From Gemmatimonadota bacterium (lineage in GTDB: Bacteria > Gemmatimonadota > Gemmatimonadetes > Palauibacterales > KS3-K002): DNA of 64,000 nucleotides. The first letter of the stretch is position 1. Every line of letters begins with the position of its first letter. Location: NCBI GenBank assembly GCA_039586495.1, contig JBDHKG010000040.1, forward strand, positions 6,681-70,680, read 5' to 3'. A program made the translations under genes and the position numbers. Shown in pieces: positions 1-10,496 of this stretch. The notes below the pieces were generated by a model. The model saw nothing but the letters and a program-made list of their open reading frames with translations. It had not been told where the DNA came from and ran no database searches.

Positions 1-1569
<1,569 letters not shown>

Positions 1570-1622
1570 TCGCGTTGTTAGTCCGACTGATCTCTACGCA
1601 GGCCCGATCTGGTTAAGGCTCG

Positions 1623-2102
1623 CTAGTGCTCGGTTCGGCCGCCCAGCAGCTCCACGGCATGCGGTACTACCTGCGCCAGGATCTCCAGCCCATCCCGAAC
1701 CGCCTGCTCGCTGCCCGGCAGGTTGACGATGAGAGCGCGACCCCGGATGCCGGCTAGGCCTCGGCCCAGCATGGCGAACGGTGTACTCCGCATGCCGCTC
1801 GCTCGTAAGGACTCGGCCAGACCCGGTGCGTGCCGTTCGAGAATCGCTGAGGTGGCTTCCGGCGTAGTGTCGCGGGGCCCGAAACCCGTCCCACCGAGCG
1901 TAACGATCAGGTCCACCTGGCCGCCGTCCGCCCAGCGGGCGAGTTGCGCGCCGAGCGGCCCGGTCTCGTCGGGAACCACGAGATGCTCCACCAGCGACCA
2001 GCCGTTCCGCTCCACCCACTCGCGAGCGGCCTCACCCGAGCTGTCGCGTCGCTGCCCGGCGGCCGCCTGGTCGCTGACCGTCAGTATCGCGACGCGGATC
2101 AC
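1623..2102 (-). CDS. mogA: Molybdopterin adenylyltransferase / molybdenum cofactor biosynthesis protein (MogA/MoaB family)
   Basis: 159 aa; MoaB/MogA fold with the TLGGTGFGPRD signature. Confidence 0.75.
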   Translation of the reverse strand: MIRVAILTVSDQAAAGQRRDSSGEAAREWVERNGWSLVEHLVVPDETGPLGAQLARWADGGQVDLIVTLGGTGFGPRDTTPEATSAILERHAPGLAESLRASGMRSTPFAMLGRGLAGIRGRALIVNLPGSEQAVRDGLEILAQVVPHAVELLGGRTEH

Positions 2103-3214
2103 CGCCTGACGGAGCCTCCCTTGTAGAACGGCGTGCGGACCACCTCCGCCGGGACCGCCCGGTCCCTGATCACGATCTCAATCTCTGTGCCCGGTGAGGC
2201 CCACTCCGTGGGGAGGTAGCCGGTGCCTATTCCCTGCCCCACGCTCGGGCCCACCGTGCCGCTGCGAACCACGCCCGCTGGCTTGCCCTGGCAACGGATC
2301 TCGTAACCCGGACGCGGAAAGCCCCGCTGCTTCAGAACGAAGCCGCAGAGCTTCCGCCCCACCCCCTCCTCCTTCTGCTTCACCAAGGCGGCCCGACCGA
2401 TGAAGTCGCCCTTATCGAGCTTGACCGTCCAACCCAGGCCGGCCTCCAGGGGGGTCGTCTCCTCATCAATATCGTTTCCGTACAATGCCAAGCCGATCTC
2501 GAGACGAAGCGTGTCGCGGGCCCCCAAGCCGATGGGCTTGATCCGCTCGCCCCCCGCTTCCATAAGCCCTTGCCACAACCTCGCTGCCGCCTCCGCCGCG
2601 CTGTACAGCTCAAATCCATCCTCACCCGTGTAGCCGGTGCGACTGACTACGCAGGCCACCCCTGCAACCCGGCCCTCGGCGAAGCGGTAGTACTTGATCG
2701 CCGATACGTCGAGATCGGTGAGCGGCTCCAGGATCGCCTCGCTCTCCGGGCCCTGTAGCGCCAGCAACCCGATCGCGTCACTCTCATCGACGAGCTCGAT
2801 GCCCACCCCGCCCCACTCAGCCAGGCAGCGCTGAATCCACTTGAAGTCCTTTTCGATGTTCGCTGCGTTCACCACCAGCTGAACACGGTCAGGGAACCGG
2901 TAGACCAGAAGATCGTCGATGATCCCGCCATCCTCCTGGCACATGACGGTATACTGCGCCCGGCACGTTTCCAGCCGCGAGACATCGTTCGCCACCACAT
3001 GGTTGACGAACTCCAGGGCACCGTCGCCCGCCACCTTGAACTCCCCCATGTGGGATACATCGAAGAGTCCGGCGTGCTCCCGCACCCAACGGTGCTCGCT
3101 CGAGATCCCTGTCGCGTACTGAACCGGCATCTCGAACCCCGCGAACGGGATTATCTTGGCGCTCAGCTTGACGTGCTCCGCGTAGAGCGGCGTTCTCCTC
3201 AGATTCTCAGCCAT
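2099..3214 (-). CDS. gcvT: Glycine cleavage system T protein (aminomethyltransferase)
   Basis: 371 aa; N-terminal TPLYAEH…GFEMPVQY and overall GcvT architecture. Confidence 0.9.
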   Translation of the reverse strand: MAENLRRTPLYAEHVKLSAKIIPFAGFEMPVQYATGISSEHRWVREHAGLFDVSHMGEFKVAGDGALEFVNHVVANDVSRLETCRAQYTVMCQEDGGIIDDLLVYRFPDRVQLVVNAANIEKDFKWIQRCLAEWGGVGIELVDESDAIGLLALQGPESEAILEPLTDLDVSAIKYYRFAEGRVAGVACVVSRTGYTGEDGFELYSAAEAAARLWQGLMEAGGERIKPIGLGARDTLRLEIGLALYGNDIDEETTPLEAGLGWTVKLDKGDFIGRAALVKQKEEGVGRKLCGFVLKQRGFPRPGYEIRCQGKPAGVVRSGTVGPSVGQGIGTGYLPTEWASPGTEIEIVIRDRAVPAEVVRTPFYKGGSVRR

Positions 3215-3350
3215 CGGTCACCCCTGGTCTCTAAACGAGCCTGATCCTGAAGTCCGTTGACTGCCAATTTAGCAGAGATCCGGGGGGCACGCCAATCGGG
3301 TGGCTTGGGAACCGCGCGGACGCTGGCGAACCGTCTCCTAGCTTACGAGA

Positions 3351-4823
3351 CTAGAGGATGTAACGGCGCAGATCCTCGTCTTTGACAACTCGGCCTAGAC
3401 GCTCGCCTACCCGGGCCGCGTCCACCGCGATCCTTCCAGCGCCGAGTTCGGGCAGATCGAACATGATCTCTTCCAGCAGCGTGGTCAGCACCGTGTGCAG
3501 GCGGCGGGCACCGATGTTCTCCATCCGCTGGTTCACGTCGGCGGCGATCCGAGCGATCTCCGCGACCCCGCTCTCGTCGAACTCGAGCTCCGCCCCTTCC
3601 GTCTCGATCAGTGCGCGGTACTGGGTGAGCAAGGCGTTCTTCGGCTCAGTGAGGATCCTGACAAAATCCTCTTCGCTTAGCGGCGAGAGCTCGACCCGGA
3701 TCGGGAAACGGCCCTGAAGCTCGGGGATGAGGTCGGATGGTTTGGTGGCGTGGAAAGCTCCGGCGGCGATGAACAGGATATGGTCGGTCCGGACCATTCC
3801 GTATTTCGTCTGCACGCTCGAGCCCTCGACGATGGGCAGCAGATCGCGTTGTACGCCGCCGCGTGAGACATCCGGGCCGCCGATGGGTCCGCGCTCCGCC
3901 GCGATCTTGTCAAGCTCATCCAAGAAGATGATGCCCATCTGCTCGACGCGGTCGAGGGCCTCGTTGACCACATCATCCATGTCGATGAGTCTGTCCAGCT
4001 CGTCCGCGAGGAGAATGCGCCGCGCCTCGGAGACGGACACGACACGCCGCTTGGTGCGCTTCGGCATCATGTCCTGCAGCATTTCGGACAGGTTGTAGTC
4101 CACGCCCTCCATGCCGGGGAGTTCGATAGCAGGGAAGGTCGTCTGGGTAACCTCGATCTCGATCTCCTTGCCTTCGAGTTTACCGTCTCGCAGCAGCGTA
4201 CGCAGTTTCTCGCGGGTCCTCTTGCGGCGCTCTTTCCGCTGCTCTTCGCCGGCTTTCTCCTCCGGAGCGCGCTGATCGACGGCTTCCCCGCGTGATGAGA
4301 CGACGAAGCCAGGTGGGGAGGTCCGTCTCTCTTCGCCGGCAGGGAGCAGCAGGTCAAGAAGTCGCTCCTCCACCCGCTCCTCAGCCATCTCCTGGACGTC
4401 GTCTTCGCGTTCGGAGCGGACCATGTTGACAGCTATGTCCACGAGGTCCCGCACCATCGACTCGACGTCGCGGCCGACGTAACCTACTTCGGTGAATTTG
4501 GATGCCTCCAACTTAATGAACGGGGCGCCCGCGAGCCGAGCGAGGCGTCGCGCGATTTCGGTCTTACCGACTCCCGTGGGACCGATCATGATGATGTTGT
4601 TGGGCATGATCTCGTCCCGGAGGTCCTCGCCAACCTGCTGGCGCCGCCAGCGATTCCTCAGCGCAATCGCGACCGCTCTCTTCGCTGCCTCCTGGCCAAC
4701 GACGTACTTGTCGAGCTCGGCAACGATCTGTCGCGGCGTCAGCTCGTCTTGAAGCGGAAATCGGCTAGTCCGCCGCTCGTCAGACGGAGCGTCGAACGAA
4801 GGTGAGGGCAACGAATCGTTCAT
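3351..4823 (-). CDS. hslU: ATP-dependent protease ATPase subunit HslU
   Basis: 490 aa; [26 protein letters not shown], Walker [16 protein letters not shown], HslU I-domain insert. Confidence 0.95.
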   Translation of the reverse strand: MNDSLPSPSFDAPSDERRTSRFPLQDELTPRQIVAELDKYVVGQEAAKRAVAIALRNRWRRQQVGEDLRDEIMPNNIIMIGPTGVGKTEIARRLARLAGAPFIKLEASKFTEVGYVGRDVESMVRDLVDIAVNMVRSEREDDVQEMAEERVEERLLDLLLPAGEERRTSPPGFVVSSRGEAVDQRAPEEKAGEEQRKERRKRTREKLRTLLRDGKLEGKEIEIEVTQTTFPAIELPGMEGVDYNLSEMLQDMMPKRTKRRVVSVSEARRILLADELDRLIDMDDVVNEALDRVEQMGIIFLDELDKIAAERGPIGGPDVSRGGVQRDLLPIVEGSSVQTKYGMVRTDHILFIAAGAFHATKPSDLIPELQGRFPIRVELSPLSEEDFVRILTEPKNALLTQYRALIETEGAELEFDESGVAEIARIAADVNQRMENIGARRLHTVLTTLLEEIMFDLPELGAGRIAVDAARVGERLGRVVKDEDLRRYIL

Positions 4824-5374
4824 GAGCCTCTTGGTTCCAGCTCCAATACAGTGATCTCTGTGTTCGAGTAGATGGAGATCTCGCCCGCGATCTCAAGGCT
4901 GCGGCGCACGATCTCTCCCACGCCAAGGTCCGAATGGGCGCACAGCGCCCGTGCCGCCGCCAGCGCCATGGCACCGCCGCTCCCGATCGCTACGATACCA
5001 TCATCGGGCTCTATGACCTCGCCGCTGCCCGACAGCAGGTACGAGTACTGAGCGTCGACAACCGCCAGCAGCGCCTCCAGCCTGCGCAGCACGCGGTCAC
5101 TCCGCCAGTCCTTCGCCAACTCCACGGCAGCGCGAGGCAGGTTGCCTGGAAATCGATCCAGCTTCTCCTCGAACTTCTCGAACAACGTAAGGGCATCGGC
5201 CACCGTACCGGCGAAGCCGGCGAGCACCGAACCATCTTTCAGCACGCGCACCTTCTGTGCTTGCATCTTGACCACGGTGTCACCGACCGTCACCTGCCCG
5301 TCGCCACCGAGCGCGACGCGCCCCTTGTGCCGAACGGCGAGGATCGTAGTTGCGCGCATTCTCAGGTCCCCCAT
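4820..5374 (-). CDS. hslV: ATP-dependent protease subunit HslV
   Basis: 184 aa; N-terminal TTILAVR…, and the gene overlaps the hslU start by 4 nt (operon). Confidence 0.95.
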   Translation of the reverse strand: MGDLRMRATTILAVRHKGRVALGGDGQVTVGDTVVKMQAQKVRVLKDGSVLAGFAGTVADALTLFEKFEEKLDRFPGNLPRAAVELAKDWRSDRVLRRLEALLAVVDAQYSYLLSGSGEVIEPDDGIVAIGSGGAMALAAARALCAHSDLGVGEIVRRSLEIAGEISIYSNTEITVLELEPRGS

Positions 5375-5393
5375 AGGCCGATGTGAGCCTCCC

Positions 5394-6305
5394 CTAGCTT
5401 CTCGGGTGCGCGACCCTGTAGACCTGCTTCAGTCGCTCCCGCGAGGTGTGGGCGTAGATCTGGGTGGTCGAGAGCGACGCGTGGCCCAGCAGCTCTTTGA
5501 TCGCCATCAGATCCGCTCCCTGATCAAGTAGGTGGGTTGCGAACGAGTGACGAACCGAGTGTGTGCTCAAGTCGCTCTCCTCCGCTACCAGCGCGATGAA
5601 ATCCGTGACCACGCGCTGGATTTGACGGCGTGACAGGCGGCTGCCGCGTTCGGACACGAAGAGCGGATCGCTCGCCGCAGCTACTCCGAAATGCCGCTCG
5701 CGCTCGCGCCCATACTCCCTCAGTGCCGAAACGGCATGCCGTCCAACCGGGACGATCCGTTCCTTGCGGCCTTTTCCACGAACCTTGACCCGCGCCGCGA
5801 CGAGGTCGAGATCCGCCGTGTTCAGGCCGTGCGTCTCCGAGAGCCGGAGTCCTGCCGCGTAAAGAAGCTCGAGCAGGGCGCGATCCCGCAACCCGCGCCA
5901 GCCGGCCTGGGCAGCGTGCTGGCCCGCAAGCTCGAAGAGACGCGACATCTCTCCTTGAGTGAGATATCCGGGCAGCGCACGGCCCTGCCGTGGTGCCCGC
6001 ACATGCCGCGCCGGGTTAGCACCGACCACACCCTCCCGGTGAAGGAAACGGAAGAAGTTGCGCACGCTAGACAGCTTACGCGCGATGGTCCTCCGTTTCA
6101 GCGCGCCCATCGCCAGATGGCTCAGAAAAGCCCGGATCGCCAACCGGTCCACCTCATCCCAGGACCACCTTGACGACCCGTAGTAGCCGTCGAGGAAATC
6201 GCTGAGATCCGAGAGGTCGCGCCCGTAGGCTTCGACGGTGTGACCGGAGAGCTGGCGCTCGTCCTTCAGATGTCTCAGGTACTCCTGAACCTGCGAATCG
6301 GGCAT
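5394..6305 (-). CDS. xerC: Tyrosine recombinase XerC/XerD family (chromosome dimer resolution)
   Basis: Phage-integrase core-binding and catalytic domains (…[12 protein letters not shown]…[14 protein letters not shown]). Likely start is [10 protein letters not shown] at 6305; the ORF-track extension to 6431 overlaps trmFO. Position between trmFO and hslV matches the conserved cluster. Confidence 0.85.
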   Translation of the reverse strand: MPDSQVQEYLRHLKDERQLSGHTVEAYGRDLSDLSDFLDGYYGSSRWSWDEVDRLAIRAFLSHLAMGALKRRTIARKLSSVRNFFRFLHREGVVGANPARHVRAPRQGRALPGYLTQGEMSRLFELAGQHAAQAGWRGLRDRALLELLYAAGLRLSETHGLNTADLDLVAARVKVRGKGRKERIVPVGRHAVSALREYGRERERHFGVAAASDPLFVSERGSRLSRRQIQRVVTDFIALVAEESDLSTHSVRHSFATHLLDQGADLMAIKELLGHASLSTTQIYAHTSRERLKQVYRVAHPRS

Positions 6306-6340
6306 CAGTACATCACCCCGGCTCGACGGTGCGGCTACCG

Positions 6341-7693
6341 TCACGCCCTCGCCGCCGCCTGCTCGCAGCCCTCGAACCATGCCCGCATATCCCGGAGCCC
6401 CCGCAGCGCGAGCTTCTGCCTCCTCTCCCACTTGCCACGCACCTGCCCAGGCAGCGGATCGAGGAGTCCGAAATTCGCATTCATCGGTTGGAAGTTACTT
6501 GGATCCGCCTCGCGAAGGTAGCGCATCAGGCCGCCGAGCATCGTGGTCGGGGGCGGGACCGCCGGCTTCAGGCCCCGAACAAGACGGTCGATGTTGACCG
6601 CGGCCAGCAGACCGGTGGCCGCCGACTCGATGTAGCCCTCGACTCCGGTGAGCTGGCCGGCAAAGACCAGCGCCGGCTCATCGGGCGGCGAACCGTGCGG
6701 CGTGAGGAGCGCCGGGAAGTTGATGTAACTGTTCCGGTGGATCTGACCGTGGCGCAGAATCTCAGCGTTACGCAAGGCCGGAATCAGCTGTATCGCCCGT
6801 CGCTGCTCCGGATAGCGCAGCCGCGTCTGGAAGCCCACCAGACTCCACATCCGGGCGGCCCGATCCTCCTGGCGAAGCTGGACAACCGCATAAGGAACCT
6901 TGCCTGTACGCGGATCCCGGAGCCCTACGGGCTTGAGGGGGCCGTAGCGGAGCGCGTCCTGATCGCGTGCAGCCAGCACCTCGATGGGCAAGCAACCCTC
7001 GAAGTACGGTACCCGATCCCAATCATGGGTCTCGTAGATCGCACCGCCGATCAGCGCAGCGTAGAACGCGTCGTACTGGTCCCGGTTCAGTGGGCAGTTG
7101 ATGTAGGCCTCATCCTGGCCTTTCCCGTAGCGAGAAGCGCGGAACACCAGCCTCTCGTCGATCGAATCCGCTGCGATGATCGGCGAAATCGCATCATAGA
7201 AATGGAGGTTATCGGAGCCGAGCCGCCGGCGAATCGCAGCGAACAGCCTGTCGGATGTCAGGGGACCGGAAGCGACGATCGCGGGAGGCTGCGGCAGCTC
7301 CCGCACCTCCTCGCGCCGTACCTCGATAGTCGGCTGAGCCTCGATCGCCCCGCCGATCCGCTGAGTGAAGAGCCGGCGATCGACTGCAAGAGCCGCGCCC
7401 GCCGGGACCCGTGTTTCCTCCGCGACGCGCAGGAGGAGCGAGCCCAGCTCACGCAGCTCCGCCTTCAGCAGGCCATGCGCGTTTGTCGGCTCGTCCGACT
7501 TGAAGGAGTTGCTGCAGACGAGTTCCGCCAGCCCGTCGGTCTGATGCGCCGGCGTGGTTACCACCGGCCGCATCTCATACAGCGAAACGAGGTGGCCTCT
7601 TTCCGCCAGCTGCCACGCCGCTTCCGTGCCCGCCAGGCCACCACCTACTACCGCTATCTCGGGCATAGAGCGAGGCTCAGTGATGGTTTGCAC
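6341..7693 (-). CDS. trmFO: Methylenetetrahydrofolate--tRNA-(uracil-5-)-methyltransferase TrmFO (Gid)
   Basis: 450 aa; N-terminal FAD-binding IAVVGGGLAGTEAAW; TrmFO/Gid family. Confidence 0.9.
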   Translation of the reverse strand: MQTITEPRSMPEIAVVGGGLAGTEAAWQLAERGHLVSLYEMRPVVTTPAHQTDGLAELVCSNSFKSDEPTNAHGLLKAELRELGSLLLRVAEETRVPAGAALAVDRRLFTQRIGGAIEAQPTIEVRREEVRELPQPPAIVASGPLTSDRLFAAIRRRLGSDNLHFYDAISPIIAADSIDERLVFRASRYGKGQDEAYINCPLNRDQYDAFYAALIGGAIYETHDWDRVPYFEGCLPIEVLAARDQDALRYGPLKPVGLRDPRTGKVPYAVVQLRQEDRAARMWSLVGFQTRLRYPEQRRAIQLIPALRNAEILRHGQIHRNSYINFPALLTPHGSPPDEPALVFAGQLTGVEGYIESAATGLLAAVNIDRLVRGLKPAVPPPTTMLGGLMRYLREADPSNFQPMNANFGLLDPLPGQVRGKWERRQKLALRGLRDMRAWFEGCEQAAARA

Positions 7694-10168
7694 TCAGGTA
7701 GAGGTCACGTCTGCCGTCTCTGGGGAAGTCAGCTCGAACTCGTGAGCGCAGGCAGCACACTTCAGGTAGTCGCCCTTTCGCTTCGAGCTTTTCTGAAGGG
7801 CCACGCTGGAGCCGCACTGAGGGCAGGTAGCTGCGGTTGGGGTGTCCCAAGTCGACCACTCGCATTGCGGGTAGCGCGTACAGCCGTAGAAGATGCGACC
7901 CCGACGTGTCCGCCGCTTGACGATTTCTCCCTCTCGGCAAGTCGGACACTTCAGACCCAGGGTGATCGCCTGGGTGTGCTTGCACCGCGGGTAGGCCGTG
8001 CAGGCGAGGAACTGCCCGTACTTTCCCGTCTTGACCGCCATCGGGCTCCCACACTTGGGACACTTGGCCTCGCTCTGCACCGCGGCCTGCTCTTTGCCCA
8101 CCGCGCGTGTGAACCGGCACTCCGGGTAGTTGGAGCACGCGACGAATGGGCCATAACGGCCGCTCTTCACCAGCAGCTCGCCGCCGCATTGCGGGCACTT
8201 CTCATCCCCGAGATCCAGCTCCGGCGGCTGGTCGATGGGTCGAGTGCTATTGCACTCCGGATAGGCTGAGCAGCCGAGGAACCGACCGTAGCGATTCCAC
8301 CGCACCACCATAGGCTCTCCGCAGAGATCGCAGACGGCGTCCTCGGCCTGGACGATCTCGCGGATGATCTCGTCACTGCGCGCCTCTCCTTCCTCCAGCC
8401 GTCGTGCGAACCGCGTGTAGAACTTGCCGAGCTCTTGGCGCCAGTCGAACTCCCCTTCCTCGATCCGGTCCAGGTTCGCTTCCATGTTGCTGGTGAAGTC
8501 CACGTCAAAGGTGTCGGGGAAGACGCGGATGAGGACCTGGACCACCGTTTCCCCGAGAGGCGTGGGCACGAAACGCCGCCGGTCCAGCTCGACATAGGTC
8601 CGCTCGAGCAGCGTGGAGAGGATCTGCGCGTAGGTCGACGGTCGGCCAATACCCAGCTTCTCCATCTCCTTCACCAGGCTCGCCTCGCTGAAGCGTGGCG
8701 GCGGTTCCGTGAAGTGCTGGCTCTTGCCGAGCTCGAGCAGCTTGACGATCTCGCCCTCCGCGAGTTCCGGCAGTGGCTCCAATTCGTCCAGCGTCCGACG
8801 CTCTCCCTCTTCGTGCTCTAGTCTGTACAGGCGCGTAAAGCCATCGAACTTCAGCACCGAGCCCGTAGCCCGGAAGACGTAGTCTCGCCCGTCAGCACCG
8901 GTCAGATCGAAATCCACCGTGGTTGTGTCATAGACCGCAGGCGACATCTGCGAGGCCACGAAGCGCAGCCAGATCAAGCTGTACAGCGCCAGCTGATCGG
9001 GCTCCAACTCGTGCTTCAGGGACTCGGGCGTCCGATGGACCGATGTGGGACGAATCGACTCATGCGCTTCCTGCGCACCCTTCTGCTGCCTGCCTAGGTA
9101 CAGCCGGGCCGACTTCGGAAGGTAGCGGCCGCCGAATTCTCTCTCCACGTAGGACCGCGCCGCAGCGGCCGCAGACGCTGCGACGCGTGTCGAGTCGGTC
9201 CGCATGTAGGTGATCAGACCGATGGCCTTGCCGCCGACCTCCAAGCCTTCGTAGAGCTGCTGCGCGATCCGCATCGTGCGCTTCGCCGGGAACCGCAGCC
9301 GCTTCGCCGCCTCCTGCTGGAGCGTAGAAGTGGTGAACGGTGGCGACGGGTTCTTGCGCCGCTCCTTACGGCGGATCCGCGTGATCTGGAAGGGGATGTC
9401 CCTGACAGCCTCGACGACGGCTGACGCCGCGGCCTCGTCGTGCAACTCGGGCCTGTGACCGTCCAGGTGGTGCAGCTTCGCGGTGAAGCGTACACCGCCC
9501 TTCTCGAGCAGGGCCTCGACTGTCCAGTATTCCTGAGGCTGGAAGCGCTTTATCTCCTCCTCGCGCTCCCAGATCAGGCGCAGTGCAACGGTCTGCACGC
9601 GCCCCGCGGAGAGCCCGGGCCGTATCGGCTTCCAGAGAAAGGGGCTGGCCTTGTACCCGACCAGCCGGTCGAGGATGCGTCGGGCTTGCTGGGCATCAAC
9701 CTTTCTGAAATCGATCTGGCCTGGATTCTCGAGCCCCTGCGCGATTCCCTCCGGTGTGATCTCCTCGAACAGGACCCGCTTGAAGCGCTCGCCGTCCTTG
9801 CTGTGATAGCCGAGCTGCTCGGCCACGTGATAAGCGATCGCCTCACCTTCGCGGTCCGGGTCGGTTCCGAGAAGGATCTCAGCCGCTTCCCTCGCGGCTC
9901 GCTTCAGCTCCTGGATGACTTTGCCCTTCCCGCGAATCGTCACGTAATGGGGCTCGAATCCGTTCTCGATATCGACACCCAGGTCACGCTTTGGCAGATC
10001 ACGGATGTGCCCCACCGACGCCTTGACGACGTAACCGTCGCCCAGGTAACGGTGCAGCGTGCGCGCCTTGGCCGGCGACTCCACGATCAGCAGCTTGGAG
10101 CCGTCAACCTCGGTCTTCGACCGCTTCGACCGCGTGCTTCTCGCTCTTTTCGCCTTCCGCGTCGTCAT
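7694..10168 (-). CDS. topA: DNA topoisomerase I with C-terminal zinc-ribbon repeats
   Basis: 824 aa; Toprim LLIVESPAKARTL, a type IA core, then at least 3 C4 zinc ribbons (CPKCG…, CPQCG…, CPTCREGE…). Confidence 0.95.
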   Translation of the reverse strand: MTTRKAKRARSTRSKRSKTEVDGSKLLIVESPAKARTLHRYLGDGYVVKASVGHIRDLPKRDLGVDIENGFEPHYVTIRGKGKVIQELKRAAREAAEILLGTDPDREGEAIAYHVAEQLGYHSKDGERFKRVLFEEITPEGIAQGLENPGQIDFRKVDAQQARRILDRLVGYKASPFLWKPIRPGLSAGRVQTVALRLIWEREEEIKRFQPQEYWTVEALLEKGGVRFTAKLHHLDGHRPELHDEAAASAVVEAVRDIPFQITRIRRKERRKNPSPPFTTSTLQQEAAKRLRFPAKRTMRIAQQLYEGLEVGGKAIGLITYMRTDSTRVAASAAAAARSYVEREFGGRYLPKSARLYLGRQQKGAQEAHESIRPTSVHRTPESLKHELEPDQLALYSLIWLRFVASQMSPAVYDTTTVDFDLTGADGRDYVFRATGSVLKFDGFTRLYRLEHEEGERRTLDELEPLPELAEGEIVKLLELGKSQHFTEPPPRFSEASLVKEMEKLGIGRPSTYAQILSTLLERTYVELDRRRFVPTPLGETVVQVLIRVFPDTFDVDFTSNMEANLDRIEEGEFDWRQELGKFYTRFARRLEEGEARSDEIIREIVQAEDAVCDLCGEPMVVRWNRYGRFLGCSAYPECNSTRPIDQPPELDLGDEKCPQCGGELLVKSGRYGPFVACSNYPECRFTRAVGKEQAAVQSEAKCPKCGSPMAVKTGKYGQFLACTAYPRCKHTQAITLGLKCPTCREGEIVKRRTRRGRIFYGCTRYPQCEWSTWDTPTAATCPQCGSSVALQKSSKRKGDYLKCAACAHEFELTSPETADVTST

Positions 10169-10496
10169 CTCACTCTCGCCAATCCACCCCTTACCCCTGA
10201 GCTGGGCCTCCGGGTCCCGCGCGGCTCCAGCGCTGAGGATGGCTAGCAGGAATCAACCGCTTGTCAACAGTGCCGGATCGAAAGCCTGGCCGATACTGCC
10301 CATCTGCCCGGTGCGGGACAGGTCGGACAGGCCACCAGCCCGTGCAGCCCAGCCTGTGTGTACGCGGGGTTCGACTCTAGGGTCAAGGGATACGAAGCTC
10401 TTGACAAGAAAACCCACGCGGCCGCCAGGTCGGGCAACCTACACCGGGTAGGGTGTGCCTGGCGGCCGCGCAAGCGAAGGCGCGAGCCCGCGCCCG

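Noticed and set aside
3215-3350. Possible glycine riboswitch in the gcvT leader
   Set aside because: Only 136 bp are available, and the conserved GGAGAG…ACCGAAGG…CUCUGGAGAG elements are absent. No support.
5394-6431. The tyrosine recombinase as a marker of an integrated mobile element
   Set aside because: It sits in the conserved trmFO–xerC–hslVU housekeeping block with no flanking repeats, phage genes or compositional shift. It was interpreted as chromosomal XerC.
10169-10496. TTGACA hexamers on both strands in the topA upstream region, as promoters
   Set aside because: The -10 partners are weak (TAGCCA), and the plus-strand copy has no downstream gene. Recorded as a possible topA promoter region only, not called.
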